DNA of 64,000 nucleotides from Dehalococcoidia bacterium (GCA_040882565.1 JBBEAZ010000024.1:301137-365136), one strand, 5' to 3'. Shown: positions 1 through 9,956, counted from the stretch's first letter. Numbers and translations: made by a program. Notes: generated by a model from the sequence alone, not told the origin.

Positions 1-107
1 CCCGACACCAGGCTATCGATGACGGTGACGTCGTACCCCGCGGCGACCAGTTGATCGACGGTGACGGAGCCGATGTAGCCAGCGCCACCGACCACGAGTA
101 CGCGCAT
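1..107 (-). CDS. N-terminal fragment of NAD-dependent epimerase/dehydratase (GalE-like), truncated by window edge
   Basis: Reverse translation from ATG near 107 gives [31 protein letters not shown], the Rossmann GxxGxxG start typical of UDP-glucose 4-epimerase-type SDRs. Confidence 0.5.
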   Translation of the reverse strand, partial: MRVLVVGGAGYIGSVTVDQLVAAGYDVTVIDSLVS

Positions 108-156
108 CTAGATGGCCGGGGCCATGGAGGGACGGTCGTCGCACACAGCGATCAAC

Positions 157-1410
157 CTACGCCTCGTAGCGCTTGAAGACGAGGCAGGCGTTCTGGCCGC
201 CGAAGCCAAAGCTGTTGCTCAGCACTACGTCCACGTTCGCCTCGCGCGCCTTGTTCGGCACGTAGTCCAGGTCGCACTCGGGGTCGGGGTGCTCGTAGTT
301 GATCGTCGGGTGGATCGTCCCTGTCAGGATCGTCTGGATCGAGGCGACCGACTCGATCGCCCCGGCGGCGCCGAACGAATGCCCGACCATCGACTTCACC
401 GCGCTGATCGGCACGCGATAGGCGTCCTCGCCGAACAGCTTCTTGATCGCCAGCGTCTCCGACTTGTCGTTGAGCTGCGTCGAGGTGCCGTGCGCGTTGA
501 TGTAGTCGACATCGGTCGTGGCGATGTGCGCATCGTCAAGCGCTTCGCGCATCGCCCGCATCGCCCCGTTGCCGTCCTCGGAGGGGGCAACGACGTGGAA
601 GGCATCGTTACAGGCGCCGTATCCGGCGACCTCCGCGAGGACAGGCGCCTTGCGGGCCTTTGCGTGCTCCTCGCTCTCCAGGACGAGGATGCCGGCGCCT
701 TCGGCAGCGATGAAGCCGTCACGCTCGGCGTCGAATGGGCGGCTGGCCTTCGGTGGGTCGTCGTTAGCCTGCGAGAGCGCGCGGATCACGGCAAAGCCGC
801 AGAGGCCAAGCTCGCAGAGCGCAGCCTCGGTACCGCCGGTGATGCAGACGTCGACGCGTCCCGAACGCACGAGGTCCATCGCGTCGCCGATCGCCTGTGT
901 TCCCGCCGCGCAGGCAGTGATCACCGTGTTGTTGTAGCCACGCGCGCCGAAGTGCAGCGCGATGTGCGCCGCCGCCATGTTCGGCAGCATCTTCGGGTAG
1001 TAGAACGGGTCGACGCGCATCCCGCCGCGCGTGTCGATGATGCGCACGGCTTCCTGCGACTCCTGGATGCCGCCGATGCCGTTACCGATGAGGACGCCGA
1101 CTCGGTCCCGGTTCGTGTCCTCGAGGTCAAGGTCGGCCTGCTGCAGGGCCTGGGCGGTGGCAGCGATGCTGAACTGGCTGAAGCGCCCCATGCGGCGGGC
1201 TTCGCGGCGGTCCATGTGCTGTTCGGGCTCGAAGCCCTTCACCTCACCGGCGATGTGAACAGGGTAGGCGGAGTGGTCGAACGACTGGAGGATGTCGATC
1301 CCGGACTGCCCGGCGACCGCGTTCTCCCAGAACTCAGGTACGGAGTTGCCGATGGGGGTGATGGCGCCCATGCCGGTGACAACAACCCGGGTACCGTTCC
1401 TGCCTGCCAT
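157..1410 (-). CDS. fabF: 3-oxoacyl-[acyl-carrier-protein] synthase II
   Basis: 417 aa ORF with full-length KAS II pattern (active-site Cys in ITACAAG, HGTST, GHSFGAAG). Confidence 0.9.
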   Translation of the reverse strand: MAGRNGTRVVVTGMGAITPIGNSVPEFWENAVAGQSGIDILQSFDHSAYPVHIAGEVKGFEPEQHMDRREARRMGRFSQFSIAATAQALQQADLDLEDTNRDRVGVLIGNGIGGIQESQEAVRIIDTRGGMRVDPFYYPKMLPNMAAAHIALHFGARGYNNTVITACAAGTQAIGDAMDLVRSGRVDVCITGGTEAALCELGLCGFAVIRALSQANDDPPKASRPFDAERDGFIAAEGAGILVLESEEHAKARKAPVLAEVAGYGACNDAFHVVAPSEDGNGAMRAMREALDDAHIATTDVDYINAHGTSTQLNDKSETLAIKKLFGEDAYRVPISAVKSMVGHSFGAAGAIESVASIQTILTGTIHPTINYEHPDPECDLDYVPNKAREANVDVVLSNSFGFGGQNACLVFKRYEA

Positions 1411-1428
1411 ACGTACTACCTCCGCGTG

Positions 1429-2790
1429 CTAGCCGGCTGCAGTCATCAGATGCTCGCGCCCTTCCGCGGCCACGAAGAGCGAGCCCGCAAGACATATTAA
1501 CCCGTCACTTCCGCTAGCCGCCATCGCGCGTTCAAGCGCCTCACCAACGCTGTCCACATATTCCGCAGGTATGTCCAGCGCACGAAATGTTTCGGCGATC
1601 TGAACCGGGTCCATCGCTCGCGGATGCCCACTCCGCGCCGCGATGACGTGCCCGACGAGCGGCGCCAACTCCTCTGCGAGGCCACGCACGTCCTTGTCCG
1701 AGGAAGAGCCGATGACGAACGTCACCTCGGCGGCGTCGAAGTACTCACGAAGCGATTCCGCCAGGCGCCGCGCAGAGTCGCGATTATGAGCGCCATCGGC
1801 GACGATCAGGGGCGCTTCGCGGATCACTTCCAGTCGCCCCGGCCACGATACCGCCGCCAGCCCACCCGTGATCGCGGCGTCAGCAACAGCAATCCGTTCC
1901 TGCACCGCGTCGATCGCGGCAACCGCGGTCGCGGCGTTCTCTGCCTGATGCGCCCCGAGCAGCGGCAGACGCACGTCGAGCGCGCCGGTCGGCCGCTCGA
2001 TCCGGATGTCCTGCCCTCGCCGGTCGTGCGCGAGCACCTCAACACGGTACGTTGCGGCCACATCGATCAGGCGCGACTGCGCACGAAAGCTCGCCTCCCG
2101 CACCACGTATCCGCCGGCCTCGTACGGCTGCGGCGCCAGCACGACCGCGCAGCCTGGCGTGATGATCCCTGCCTTCTCCGCCGCGATCTGCTCGATCGTG
2201 TCGCCCAACACGGCCGTGTGCTCTAACGAGAGCGGGGTGATCACGGCGACTTCCTTCGTGTCGAAGACGTTCGTGCTGTCCACGCGCCCGCCAAGCCCGA
2301 CTTCGATCACTTGCGCGCCGAGGCCTGCATCCCGGAAGGCGAGAAAGCCCAGCGCCGTGAACAGATCGAAGGTCACCAACGCGCGTTCGCCCTTGTCGAG
2401 ACCCTCCACGGCCTCGCGCAAGTCGCCGCTCAGCTGCTCGAAGTGCCGGTGCGAGATCGGCTCGCCGTCGATGTGGATGCGCTCCGTGTAGTCGTGGAGG
2501 TGCGGACTCGTGTACAGGCCCGTCCTTACGCCGGCCATGCGCAGGACCGAATCGACCATCGCCGAGACGCTGCCCTTGCCCTTGCTCCCGGCCACGTGCA
2601 CGGTCAGCCGCCCAAGATGCGGGTCACCGAGCGCACTGAGCAACCGCCGCACCGGCTCCACGTCCGGCCGGTCCTGGAAGCGCCCCGACCGCTCAAAGTC
2701 CGCGAACGACAGCAGCCATTCGATCGCCTCGTCGTACGTCATGCGAAGCGTAGTGTATCGCCCCACGGACGGGGCCACGAGCCACGGCAA
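1429..2790 (-). CDS. folC: bifunctional folylpolyglutamate synthase / dihydrofolate synthase; likely true start at MTYDEAIEWL near 2742
   Basis: Mur-ligase family motifs (GSKGKGS P-loop, DGAHN), length typical of FolC; packed directly against fabF on the same strand. Confidence 0.85.
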   Translation of the reverse strand: MPWLVAPSVGRYTTLRMTYDEAIEWLLSFADFERSGRFQDRPDVEPVRRLLSALGDPHLGRLTVHVAGSKGKGSVSAMVDSVLRMAGVRTGLYTSPHLHDYTERIHIDGEPISHRHFEQLSGDLREAVEGLDKGERALVTFDLFTALGFLAFRDAGLGAQVIEVGLGGRVDSTNVFDTKEVAVITPLSLEHTAVLGDTIEQIAAEKAGIITPGCAVVLAPQPYEAGGYVVREASFRAQSRLIDVAATYRVEVLAHDRRGQDIRIERPTGALDVRLPLLGAHQAENAATAVAAIDAVQERIAVADAAITGGLAAVSWPGRLEVIREAPLIVADGAHNRDSARRLAESLREYFDAAEVTFVIGSSSDKDVRGLAEELAPLVGHVIAARSGHPRAMDPVQIAETFRALDIPAEYVDSVGEALERAMAASGSDGLICLAGSLFVAAEGREHLMTAAG

Positions 2791-2866
2791 GCGTTGCTTA
2801 ACCGGGTCTCAACGCGTACTGCCAATCGGTGTGACCAGCCATTAACATTGTGGTTACCCGTTTGGC

Positions 2867-2895
2867 TTGACACCACGCCCTGGGCGGTCTGTAAT
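2867..2895 (+). promoter_or_regulatory. sigma70-like promoter: TTGACA, 17 nt spacer, TGTAAT
   Basis: Near-consensus -35/-10 hexamers with 17-nt spacer about 40 nt upstream of the AGGAG RBS and ATG at 2938. Confidence 0.35.
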
Positions 2896-2937
2896 GGAAG
2901 CCCAACTAGAGACAGCGCTCCCAACAGGAGGCCGCAT

Positions 2938-3390
2938 ATGAGCACCCGCACCCGAGAATCGGCCGCAGACCGCATTTTCGATAACATTGTCGAGCGGCAG
3001 ACCAGCGTTTTCGACGCCGTCCGCAGTGGCAACGAGCGCGTTCACCGCTTCAATCGCAGCCTGATCGAAGGCGCACGCCAGAGCACCCGTGACTGGGCGG
3101 AAGTCGGCCGCGCCTGGGTCAATAACCCGACTGACCTCGTCAGCATGTACGAAACCGCATCCGAGGCCATCGGCAACTCGCAGGCTCGCTCGCTCGCGCT
3201 CGTTCGTGAGTGGGCCGAAGACACCGTCGAGGCCCAGCGCGAAAGCCGCGAAGTGCTCCGCCAGAGCCTCGGTGACGTGCGAGAGGTCGTGCAGCGTGTG
3301 CAGGAAGGAGCCCCGGAGCTACTCGAACGCGCGCGCACGGCAATCGCCGCCCGCCGCGCCAACGGCGGCACCGCCGGCGCCGAGTCGTAG
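2938..3390 (+). CDS. small alpha-helical protein, phasin-like (PHA granule-associated family pattern); function uncertain
   Basis: ORF 2311..3390 trimmed to the ATG preceded by AGGAG because its 5' part is antisense to folC; heptad-like amphipathic sequence resembling the Phasin_2 family. Confidence 0.45.
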   Translation: MSTRTRESAADRIFDNIVERQTSVFDAVRSGNERVHRFNRSLIEGARQSTRDWAEVGRAWVNNPTDLVSMYETASEAIGNSQARSLALVREWAEDTVEAQRESREVLRQSLGDVREVVQRVQEGAPELLERARTAIAARRANGGTAGAES

Positions 3391-3599
3391 AACAGTCTTC
3401 CGCTGGGCATCAACAGACGGTCCGTGAGCGCCGCGCGCCACGTACTGCTATCTCTATCGGCCAACAGTGTTAGGGTGTTGATACACTTTTCCTACGGATA
3501 GCGATCAACAGGATCGCGCCCTCCCATGCTACGCTTGTTCAGGGAAAGTTTAGCCGCGGTCAGGCTCAGCCTGCCGCTAATCAAACAAGGGAGTCGAAG

Positions 3600-4814
3600 A
3601 TGCAGACGGTAACGGGGTTGCGGCGTGCTCTAACGCCACTAATCGTGCTTGGAATTGCCGCCGGCGTCATTGTCGGCATCGTCTCTGTTGGCGACCGCGC
3701 AGGCGCCAATCATGATGCTATCGCCTGCAACGACGACATACCTGCCGGCTACACCTGCGTGCCCCTGGTCAACAAGCCCGATTCAGGTCCCGGCATCAAC
3801 ACGCCCGCCATCGGCGAGCTCTTCTACCAGTTCGTCGACGCCGATACGATGCGCATCGCCGTCCGCGCGCTGCCCAGCCAGGGCGCCGTCGACGTCGGCA
3901 CGAACCACCAGTTCTGCCTCGACGACGACAACGAGCCCTATGCGTGGCCCACTCCGGGCGCCAACGAGCCCAACCACTGCACGGGCGCCGCCGCAGCTGC
4001 CGTCAACGTCGTCGACGGATCGGCCGGCATCCCGGACTCCAGCGCCGAGCCCGATGATGACACCGCCGCCGGCCTCCTCGGCGAGTACGAAGTGCGAGTG
4101 GCCGGCCTCGTCAGCGACGGCACTGTGGCCAGCATGGACTACTACGAGTTCAACAACATCGACGGCTACTCGTTCTTCGTCTACCACGTCAACATCGGTC
4201 AGTCGTCCACCCAGGCGTTTTGGACCGGTGGCCCACCAGTCGAAACGGCTTCGCCAACGCCATCGCCGACCGCGTCACCGACCGCAACCGCCTCGCCTAC
4301 TGCCACAGCTTCGCCGACCGCAACCGCCTCGCCGACGGCGTCCGCCACAGCGACTGTGATGGGCTCACCCACCGCAACTTCCACACTGGCCGAAGACACG
4401 GCCACGCCGTCACCCACGCCAACGCCGACGAGCACAGCTACCCCGCCGCCCGATACTGACACTCCTGGACCCACGCCAACGCCGACGGGTACACCTACAG
4501 CAACGCCGACGAACCCGCCGACTGCGCCGCCCACTCCGACGCCCTCGCCAACCGCGGAACAGGCTACCCAGACGCCCGCTCCCACCAACACCCCGGCGCC
4601 GACTAATACGCCGGCGCCGACCAACTCGCCGACGCCCACGCCCTCAGCGACCGTCCTCCTCGCCACCGCGACGCCGGTTGGCTTCCCGCCCACCGGTGGC
4701 GGGCCGGCAGCGGATGGCACCACCGCTGGCTTGCTACTGACACTTCTCGCGGGGCTGGCGTTGCTGGCCGCGGGCGGCATGAGCCTCGCCGCGGCCCGCA
4801 CACCCCGCGACTAA
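3600..4814 (+). CDS. secreted or cell-surface protein with Thr/Pro/Ala-rich repeat linker and C-terminal sorting-signal-like tail
   Basis: N-terminal hydrophobic signal/anchor (LIVLGIAAGVIVGIVSV), globular domain, about 150 aa of (ASPTAT)n and (TPAPTN)n repeats, then FPPTGGG followed by a hydrophobic helix and the basic tail ARTPRD; GGGAG RBS. Confidence 0.7.
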   Translation: MQTVTGLRRALTPLIVLGIAAGVIVGIVSVGDRAGANHDAIACNDDIPAGYTCVPLVNKPDSGPGINTPAIGELFYQFVDADTMRIAVRALPSQGAVDVGTNHQFCLDDDNEPYAWPTPGANEPNHCTGAAAAAVNVVDGSAGIPDSSAEPDDDTAAGLLGEYEVRVAGLVSDGTVASMDYYEFNNIDGYSFFVYHVNIGQSSTQAFWTGGPPVETASPTPSPTASPTATASPTATASPTATASPTASATATVMGSPTATSTLAEDTATPSPTPTPTSTATPPPDTDTPGPTPTPTGTPTATPTNPPTAPPTPTPSPTAEQATQTPAPTNTPAPTNTPAPTNSPTPTPSATVLLATATPVGFPPTGGGPAADGTTAGLLLTLLAGLALLAAGGMSLAAARTPRD

Positions 4815-4829
4815 CCCCGCACCGCGCAC

Positions 4830-4877
4830 ACAAAAAACGGGGGTCGGGCATCAGCCCGGCCCCCGAATCTTTTCGTG
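4830..4877. terminator. bidirectional intrinsic terminator between convergent surface-protein gene and clpC
   Basis: 10-bp GC stem (GGGGGTCGGG/CCCGGCCCCC, one G-U pair) with 6-nt loop, A-tract upstream and TCTTTT downstream. Confidence 0.5.
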
Positions 4878-4883
4878 CTTGCT

Positions 4884-7337
4884 CTAGACCGCTACCGGCT
4901 CGGGCGTCTTCGCCTTGTCGAAGGCGTATTCGCCGTCCGCGTAGTCGACGTGGGCCACGTCGCCCTCGCTGAACTCGCCGGCGAGGATGCGCCGTGAGAG
5001 CGGGTTCGCGATACGCCGCTCGATCGTCCTGCGCAGGGGCCGCGCACCGTAGACCGGATCGTAGCCCTCGTGGACCAGCGCTTCCTTGGCCGCATCCGTC
5101 AGCTCGAGACCGACGCCACGGTCGGCGAGGCGCTCGCGCACGTCGGCCAGCAGCAGCTCGACGATCTTCTTGAGGTCGTCCTCGGTCAACGGATCGAAGA
5201 CGATTATCTCGTCGATGCGGTTCAGCAGCTCCGGCCGGAAGGTGGCCCGTAGCGCCTTCTCGATGTCCGCTTTTTGCTTGTCCTTCTCTGACTTCGACGG
5301 CTTGTCCTGCGCCAGGCCGAACCCGAGCGCTTGCCTGTGCAGCGCCTCTGTACCCAGGTTCGAAGTCATGATCACGACCGTGTTGCGGAAGTCGACCGTT
5401 CGGCCGTGGCCGTCCGTCAGGCGGCCGTCGTCCAGCATCTGCAAGAGGACGTTGAACACCTCCGGGTGCGCCTTCTCGATCTCGTCGAGGAGGATCAGCC
5501 GGTAAGGGCGCCGGCGCACCGCCTCGGTCAGTTGCCCGCCTTCGTCGTAGCCGACGTAGCCGGGCGGTGAGCCGATCATCCGCGAGACTGTGTGCCGTTC
5601 CTGGTACTCGCTCATGTCGAGCCGCACCATCGCGTCCTGGTCGTCGAAGAGGAACTCGGCGAGAGCCCTCGCCAGCTCTGTCTTGCCCACCCCGGTCGGC
5701 CCGAGGAAGATGAACGAGCCGATCGGCCGGTTCGGGTCCTTGAGCCCGGCGCGGGCGCGGCGGATCGCGTCCGACACAGCCTCGATCGCCTGATCCTGCC
5801 CGATCACCCGGTCGTGCAGGCGCTCCTCCATTTGCAGGAGCTTCTCCGGCTCGCCCTCAAGCATCCGGTTCACCGGGATGCCGGTGATCTTCGCCACCAG
5901 CTCGGCGATGTCGTGCTCGGTGACGCGCATGTCGTCTTGACCCGTTTCCTTGAGCCATTCGTCGCGCTTCTGCGTGAACTCGGCGCGCTTGGCTTCGAGT
6001 TCTGCCTTCACGCTGGCGTTCGTCTCCCAGTCCTCGCGCTCGGCGGCGGCTTCTGCCTCCCTCTCCAGCTTCTCGACTTCCTTTTCGAGCTTGCGGACGT
6101 CTGCCGGCATGCTCTGCGCATCGATGACGTGCTTCGAGGACGCCTCGTCGATCAGGTCGATCGCCTTGTCAGGGAGAAAGCGCTCAGTGACGTAGCGCGC
6201 CGAGAGCCGCACAGCAGCCTCGATCGCCTCGTCCGTGATCTGGACTTTGTGGTGCGCCTCGTAGCGCGGCCGCAGGCCCTTCAGGATCTCGATCGCCTCT
6301 TCCTCCGAGGGCTCGTCGACGTAGACCGGGGCGAAGCGGCGCTCCAGCGCCGGGTCCTTCTCGATGTACTTGCGGTATTCGTCGAGCGTTGTCGCGCCGA
6401 TGACGTGCAACTCGCCGCGCGCCAGCGCCGGCTTGAGCATCGTCGAGGCGTCGATCGCGCCTTCCGCGCCGCCCGCGCCGACGACCTGGTGGATCTCGTC
6501 GATAAAGATGATGATCTCGCCCTGCGAGCGCTTGATCTCGTCCACCACTGCCTTCAGCCGCTCCTCGAACTCACCGCGGAACTTCGAGCCGGCGACCATT
6601 GCGCCCATGTCGAGCGCGAGCACCCGCTTGTTCTGCAAGTTCTCCGGCACGTCGCCGGCGACGATCCGCTGGGCCAGCGCCTCGGCGATCGCCGTCTTGC
6701 CGACGCCGGCCTCGCCGATGATCACCGGGTTGTTCTTCGTCCGCCGGTTCAGCACCTGCATCACGCGCCGCACTTCGTCGTCCCGGCCAATGACCGGGTC
6801 GAGCTTGCCCTGTCGCGCCGCCTCTGTGAGGTCGATCGCGTACTTTTCGAGGGCGTTGTACTTAGACTCCGCCGTCGGGCTGTCGACGCGCGCGCCGCCG
6901 CGGACGTCCTGGAGCGCCTGGTAGATGCGCTCCTTCTCGATCCCGAACTGCTTGAGGATGCGCGCCGCCTCGCCCTCGCGCTCATCGCTCATCGCGATCA
7001 GGATGTGTTCGACGCCGACGTACTCGTCCTGCAGGCGCTCCGCCTCCGCGTTCGCCGCCTCGAGCAGGCGCACGATCCGCGGCGTCGTGTAAATCTGCAC
7101 GACGTCGTAAGAGAGCTTCGGGCTCGACTCCAGCGCTCGTGCGACGGCCTGCCGCAGGCGGTTCTTGTCGACGCCCAGCTTCTCGAATATCTGGGGCGTG
7201 ATGCCCTTGTCGTAAGTGACCAGCGCCATCAGCACGTGCTCCACGTCCCACTGAGCGTGCCGGTCGCGCCGGACCATCTCCTGTGAGGCCGCGAGTACTT
7301 CCTGCGCGCCTTCTGTGAATCTGTCTTGTCTCATCAT
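4884..7337 (-). CDS. clpC: AAA+ Clp ATPase, ClpC-type (double Clp_N, two NBDs, short M-domain, LGF ClpP-docking loop)
   Basis: 817 aa; Walker A GEAGVGKT and GPTGVGKT; M-domain about 80 aa (ClpC-length, not ClpB-length); HRQALGFGL loop insert typical of ClpP-binding Clp ATPases. Confidence 0.85.
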   Translation of the reverse strand: MMRQDRFTEGAQEVLAASQEMVRRDRHAQWDVEHVLMALVTYDKGITPQIFEKLGVDKNRLRQAVARALESSPKLSYDVVQIYTTPRIVRLLEAANAEAERLQDEYVGVEHILIAMSDEREGEAARILKQFGIEKERIYQALQDVRGGARVDSPTAESKYNALEKYAIDLTEAARQGKLDPVIGRDDEVRRVMQVLNRRTKNNPVIIGEAGVGKTAIAEALAQRIVAGDVPENLQNKRVLALDMGAMVAGSKFRGEFEERLKAVVDEIKRSQGEIIIFIDEIHQVVGAGGAEGAIDASTMLKPALARGELHVIGATTLDEYRKYIEKDPALERRFAPVYVDEPSEEEAIEILKGLRPRYEAHHKVQITDEAIEAAVRLSARYVTERFLPDKAIDLIDEASSKHVIDAQSMPADVRKLEKEVEKLEREAEAAAEREDWETNASVKAELEAKRAEFTQKRDEWLKETGQDDMRVTEHDIAELVAKITGIPVNRMLEGEPEKLLQMEERLHDRVIGQDQAIEAVSDAIRRARAGLKDPNRPIGSFIFLGPTGVGKTELARALAEFLFDDQDAMVRLDMSEYQERHTVSRMIGSPPGYVGYDEGGQLTEAVRRRPYRLILLDEIEKAHPEVFNVLLQMLDDGRLTDGHGRTVDFRNTVVIMTSNLGTEALHRQALGFGLAQDKPSKSEKDKQKADIEKALRATFRPELLNRIDEIIVFDPLTEDDLKKIVELLLADVRERLADRGVGLELTDAAKEALVHEGYDPVYGARPLRRTIERRIANPLSRRILAGEFSEGDVAHVDYADGEYAFDKAKTPEPVAV

Positions 7338-7351
7338 GTTGCGTTACCTCT

Positions 7352-8353
7352 CTACGGTTTGTGCCCGGCAGTAGCGGCTGAAATCGGCACGACGCCAAAA
7401 ATTCGCACGTTCCCCGGGTTCGGCTCATCAGTCTTGAACTTCGCTTCATAGGGACGGAACCACAATCCCGCCTCCCCTGATCCATCATCACGTGCGCCAG
7501 ACCCATCCATACCGGGAACGAAAAGGCCCGGCCCGAACTGATAGGCGATGCCCCTTGCTAGGCCTAGCTTTGCGTTGCCAGCGACGAAATTCTGGTTCGC
7601 CTCATGCCATACCACCCAAGGCGCGTAATTCTCCACCGGGTCCGCGGATGGGTGAAATGTGCTTCGAGCTAGGCCATTCTGGGTCAGCGAGACTGTCAAC
7701 ACTTCACCATTTATTATCTGGGCGAACTCTGACTTACTGGCCCCCATCCGAATCACTTCCACTAAGGCTGTCTCCACGCCGTCCAGTTGGCGATTCCTGA
7801 TGGCTGCGTCTAGACGTCGACGGCCTGCTCGGTCAATCGACTGGTGAGCACCTATGATCATTGCAAGCCCCCGCCCTGGCTTCTCAACCACAAAATGTTG
7901 GACAGAAAAATGGTCCTTCGTTGCGGTGCTTGAATCTGGAACGAAACCAAGATCTGTGTTGGAAACCACCCAAAGATGGGGTGCCACGGTTTTGCCGTCA
8001 TTCCGGTAGCCTGCTATTGAAAATGCGTGCTGCTTAGGAACATTCCGGATCCGCTCGAAGAGCTTGGTCGCGTGTTCGGCGATGATTTCGACGCCGACTT
8101 CAATCGGCAATTCAACCACGCCTTCAGTGGCCGCCAATTCCGCCAGCCATTGGTCCATGAATTTGCCGTTGTACATTCCGATGCCCGCGAACGTGATGGC
8201 AAACTGGCCATCCTCGGCATTCACGATGACGCCCTTGTTTGCATCATCCTTAATGGAAGACGTGAGCCGGCCCCTCGTATCGAGCATCACCATGCGGCGG
8301 TCAGACGCCTGAATGACGTAGCCCGCGGTAAGAAGGCTTATGTTGATCGTCAT
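7352..8353 (-). CDS. hypothetical protein X of unknown function, low-GC (about 50-53%) gene embedded in the heat-shock operon
   Basis: 333 aa ORF; start overlaps hspR stop in ATGA; 14 nt upstream of clpC start; no recognisable motifs; base composition clearly lower than neighbours. Confidence 0.6.
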   Translation of the reverse strand: MTINISLLTAGYVIQASDRRMVMLDTRGRLTSSIKDDANKGVIVNAEDGQFAITFAGIGMYNGKFMDQWLAELAATEGVVELPIEVGVEIIAEHATKLFERIRNVPKQHAFSIAGYRNDGKTVAPHLWVVSNTDLGFVPDSSTATKDHFSVQHFVVEKPGRGLAMIIGAHQSIDRAGRRRLDAAIRNRQLDGVETALVEVIRMGASKSEFAQIINGEVLTVSLTQNGLARSTFHPSADPVENYAPWVVWHEANQNFVAGNAKLGLARGIAYQFGPGLFVPGMDGSGARDDGSGEAGLWFRPYEAKFKTDEPNPGNVRIFGVVPISAATAGHKP

Positions 8354-8769
8354 CAGTCTCGTTCCTCCGCCCCCGGCACCGCCGGCAGCACCCTGTCCCG
8401 ATACACCTGCAGCTCCTGGCGCAGGCGATCCATGTCATGCTCCATGCGCTGGATGCGCTGCTTCATGTTCATGATCACTTCGACCCCGGCGAGGTTCACG
8501 CCGAGGTCCTGCACCAGCCGCTGGATGTTGCGCAGATGCTCGATGTCGGCCTGCGAGTACAGCCGCACCCGCCCCTGCGAACGCCCCGGCCGGATCAGTC
8601 CGATGCGCTCGTAGTTGCGCAACGACTGCGCGTGCATCCCGACCATCCGCGCCGCCACGCTGATCACGTAGCACGGCTCGTCCTGCGGGTGGCTGTTCGT
8701 GCGTCGTTCGTTCATCACTGGTTGTTCCATATCTGTTCGTCCGTATCGGAAATCCCTTGCGCTTCGCAC
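8353..8769 (-). CDS. hspR: MerR-family heat-shock transcriptional repressor HspR
   Basis: MerR HTH (YVISVAARMVGMHAQSLRNYERIGLI) and position immediately downstream of dnaJ as in dnaK/dnaJ-hspR operons; true start may be MEQPVMNE near 8730. Confidence 0.8.
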   Translation of the reverse strand: MRSARDFRYGRTDMEQPVMNERRTNSHPQDEPCYVISVAARMVGMHAQSLRNYERIGLIRPGRSQGRVRLYSQADIEHLRNIQRLVQDLGVNLAGVEVIMNMKQRIQRMEHDMDRLRQELQVYRDRVLPAVPGAEERD

Positions 8770-8777
8770 CGTGAAGG

Positions 8778-8870
8778 CACGAAGGTGCAGCGGGGCCGCT
8801 GCCGGGGGGTTCGGGGGGTGTCCCCCCGAGACCCCCTAATTTTTGGGCGGGGGGCGGGGGCAATGCCCCG
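8778..8870 (+). repeat. interspersed structured repeat, copy A (two adjacent GC hairpins plus G-tract tail)
   Basis: CGAAGGTGCAGCGGGGCCGCTGCCGGGGGGTTCGGGGGGTGTCCCCCCGA; shares the core with 4 other copies in this window. Confidence 0.85.
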
Positions 8871-8896
8871 CAGGGTGGACGAACGCAACAACAACG

Positions 8897-9946
8897 TCAT
8901 CGCTTTGCTCCCGCCGGCGCCTTACGCGATTCGCGCAACTGCTCGAACAACGCCCGTTGCTCATCCGTGAGCGACTCCGGAATCGCCAGCCGCACCCGAG
9001 CGTACAGGTCACCATGACCCTTGGCGCCGGCCCCGCGGGCGCCCGTCTGGGCGAGCTTCGGCATGCCAAGGCCCTTCAGCTTGATCTGCTTCCCGTTCTG
9101 CGTCAGCGGCGGCACCGTGATCGCGATCCGCTTGCCGGCGATCGTCTGCACCTCCACCTCGCCGCCGAGGACCGCGTCCTCGACCGGCACCGAGACGTCC
9201 TCGATCAGGTCGTCGCCCTTGCGCTCGAAGCGCGGGTGCGGCCTGACCTTCGTGACGACGTAGAGATCGCCGCGCGGGCCGCCGCGGCCGGATGAGCCCT
9301 CGCCGGCGATGCGGACGCGGGTGCCGTCGCGCGCCCCGGCCGGGATCTTGACCTCGATCGTCTTCGGCCGGGCGACGATGCCTGAGCCTTCGCAGGTGTG
9401 ACAAGTAGCGCTGGCGATGTGTCCCGTCCCGCCACACGTCGGACAAGGCTCTTCGCTCTGCAGGTGCAGTGTACGGGTCGTCCCGTTATACGCCTCCTCG
9501 AGCGTGATCTCGGTCGCGTACTCCACGTTCTGGCCGCGCATCGGACCGCGTCCCTGGCCGCCGAACATGCTGCCAAGGACGTCGCCGAAATCGAAGCCGC
9601 CGTTGTTCGCACCGCGGCCGCCGCCCGAACGTCGGAGCAGATCGTTTATGTCAAACGTGAATGTCTGCGAATTCCCACCGCCTTGCGATGCGTAATGGCT
9701 GCGCGCCTTCTCGTAGGCTTCGGCCTGTTCCCAGTTGTCACCGTAACGGTCGTACTTGGCACGCTTCTCCGCGTCGGAGAGAACGTCGTGCGCCGAGTTG
9801 ATCTCTTTGAACCTGCGCTCTGCCTCGGCATCGCCCGGATTCACGTCCGGGTGATGCTTACGGGCAAGCTTACGGAACGCCGCCTTGATCTCCTTCTGGG
9901 AGGCGTCCCGCTTGACGCCGAGCGCCTGGTAGTAGTCCTTCGCCAT
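8897..9946 (-). CDS. dnaJ: molecular chaperone DnaJ (ORF track extends to 10048; start at MAKDYYQ)
   Basis: J-domain with HPD, G/F-rich region, four CxxCxGxG zinc-finger repeats, C-terminal domains. Confidence 0.9.
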   Translation of the reverse strand: MAKDYYQALGVKRDASQKEIKAAFRKLARKHHPDVNPGDAEAERRFKEINSAHDVLSDAEKRAKYDRYGDNWEQAEAYEKARSHYASQGGGNSQTFTFDINDLLRRSGGGRGANNGGFDFGDVLGSMFGGQGRGPMRGQNVEYATEITLEEAYNGTTRTLHLQSEEPCPTCGGTGHIASATCHTCEGSGIVARPKTIEVKIPAGARDGTRVRIAGEGSSGRGGPRGDLYVVTKVRPHPRFERKGDDLIEDVSVPVEDAVLGGEVEVQTIAGKRIAITVPPLTQNGKQIKLKGLGMPKLAQTGARGAGAKGHGDLYARVRLAIPESLTDEQRALFEQLRESRKAPAGAKR

Positions 9947-9956
9947 ATCTGACGTA

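Noticed and set aside
112-1500. 462-aa plus-strand ORF covering the whole fabF region
   Set aside because: Antisense to a full-length, motif-complete fabF; Arg/Ala/Val-rich translation typical of spurious high-GC antisense frames
2311-2937. 5' two-thirds of track ORF 2311..3390
   Set aside because: Antisense to folC; the real gene starts at the RBS-preceded ATG at 2938 downstream of a consensus promoter
3649-4801. Alternative-frame ORFs inside the TP-rich surface protein gene (3649..4359 +, 4199..4801 -)
   Set aside because: Low-complexity repeat DNA is open in several frames; only the frame with signal peptide, RBS and sorting-signal tail is coherent
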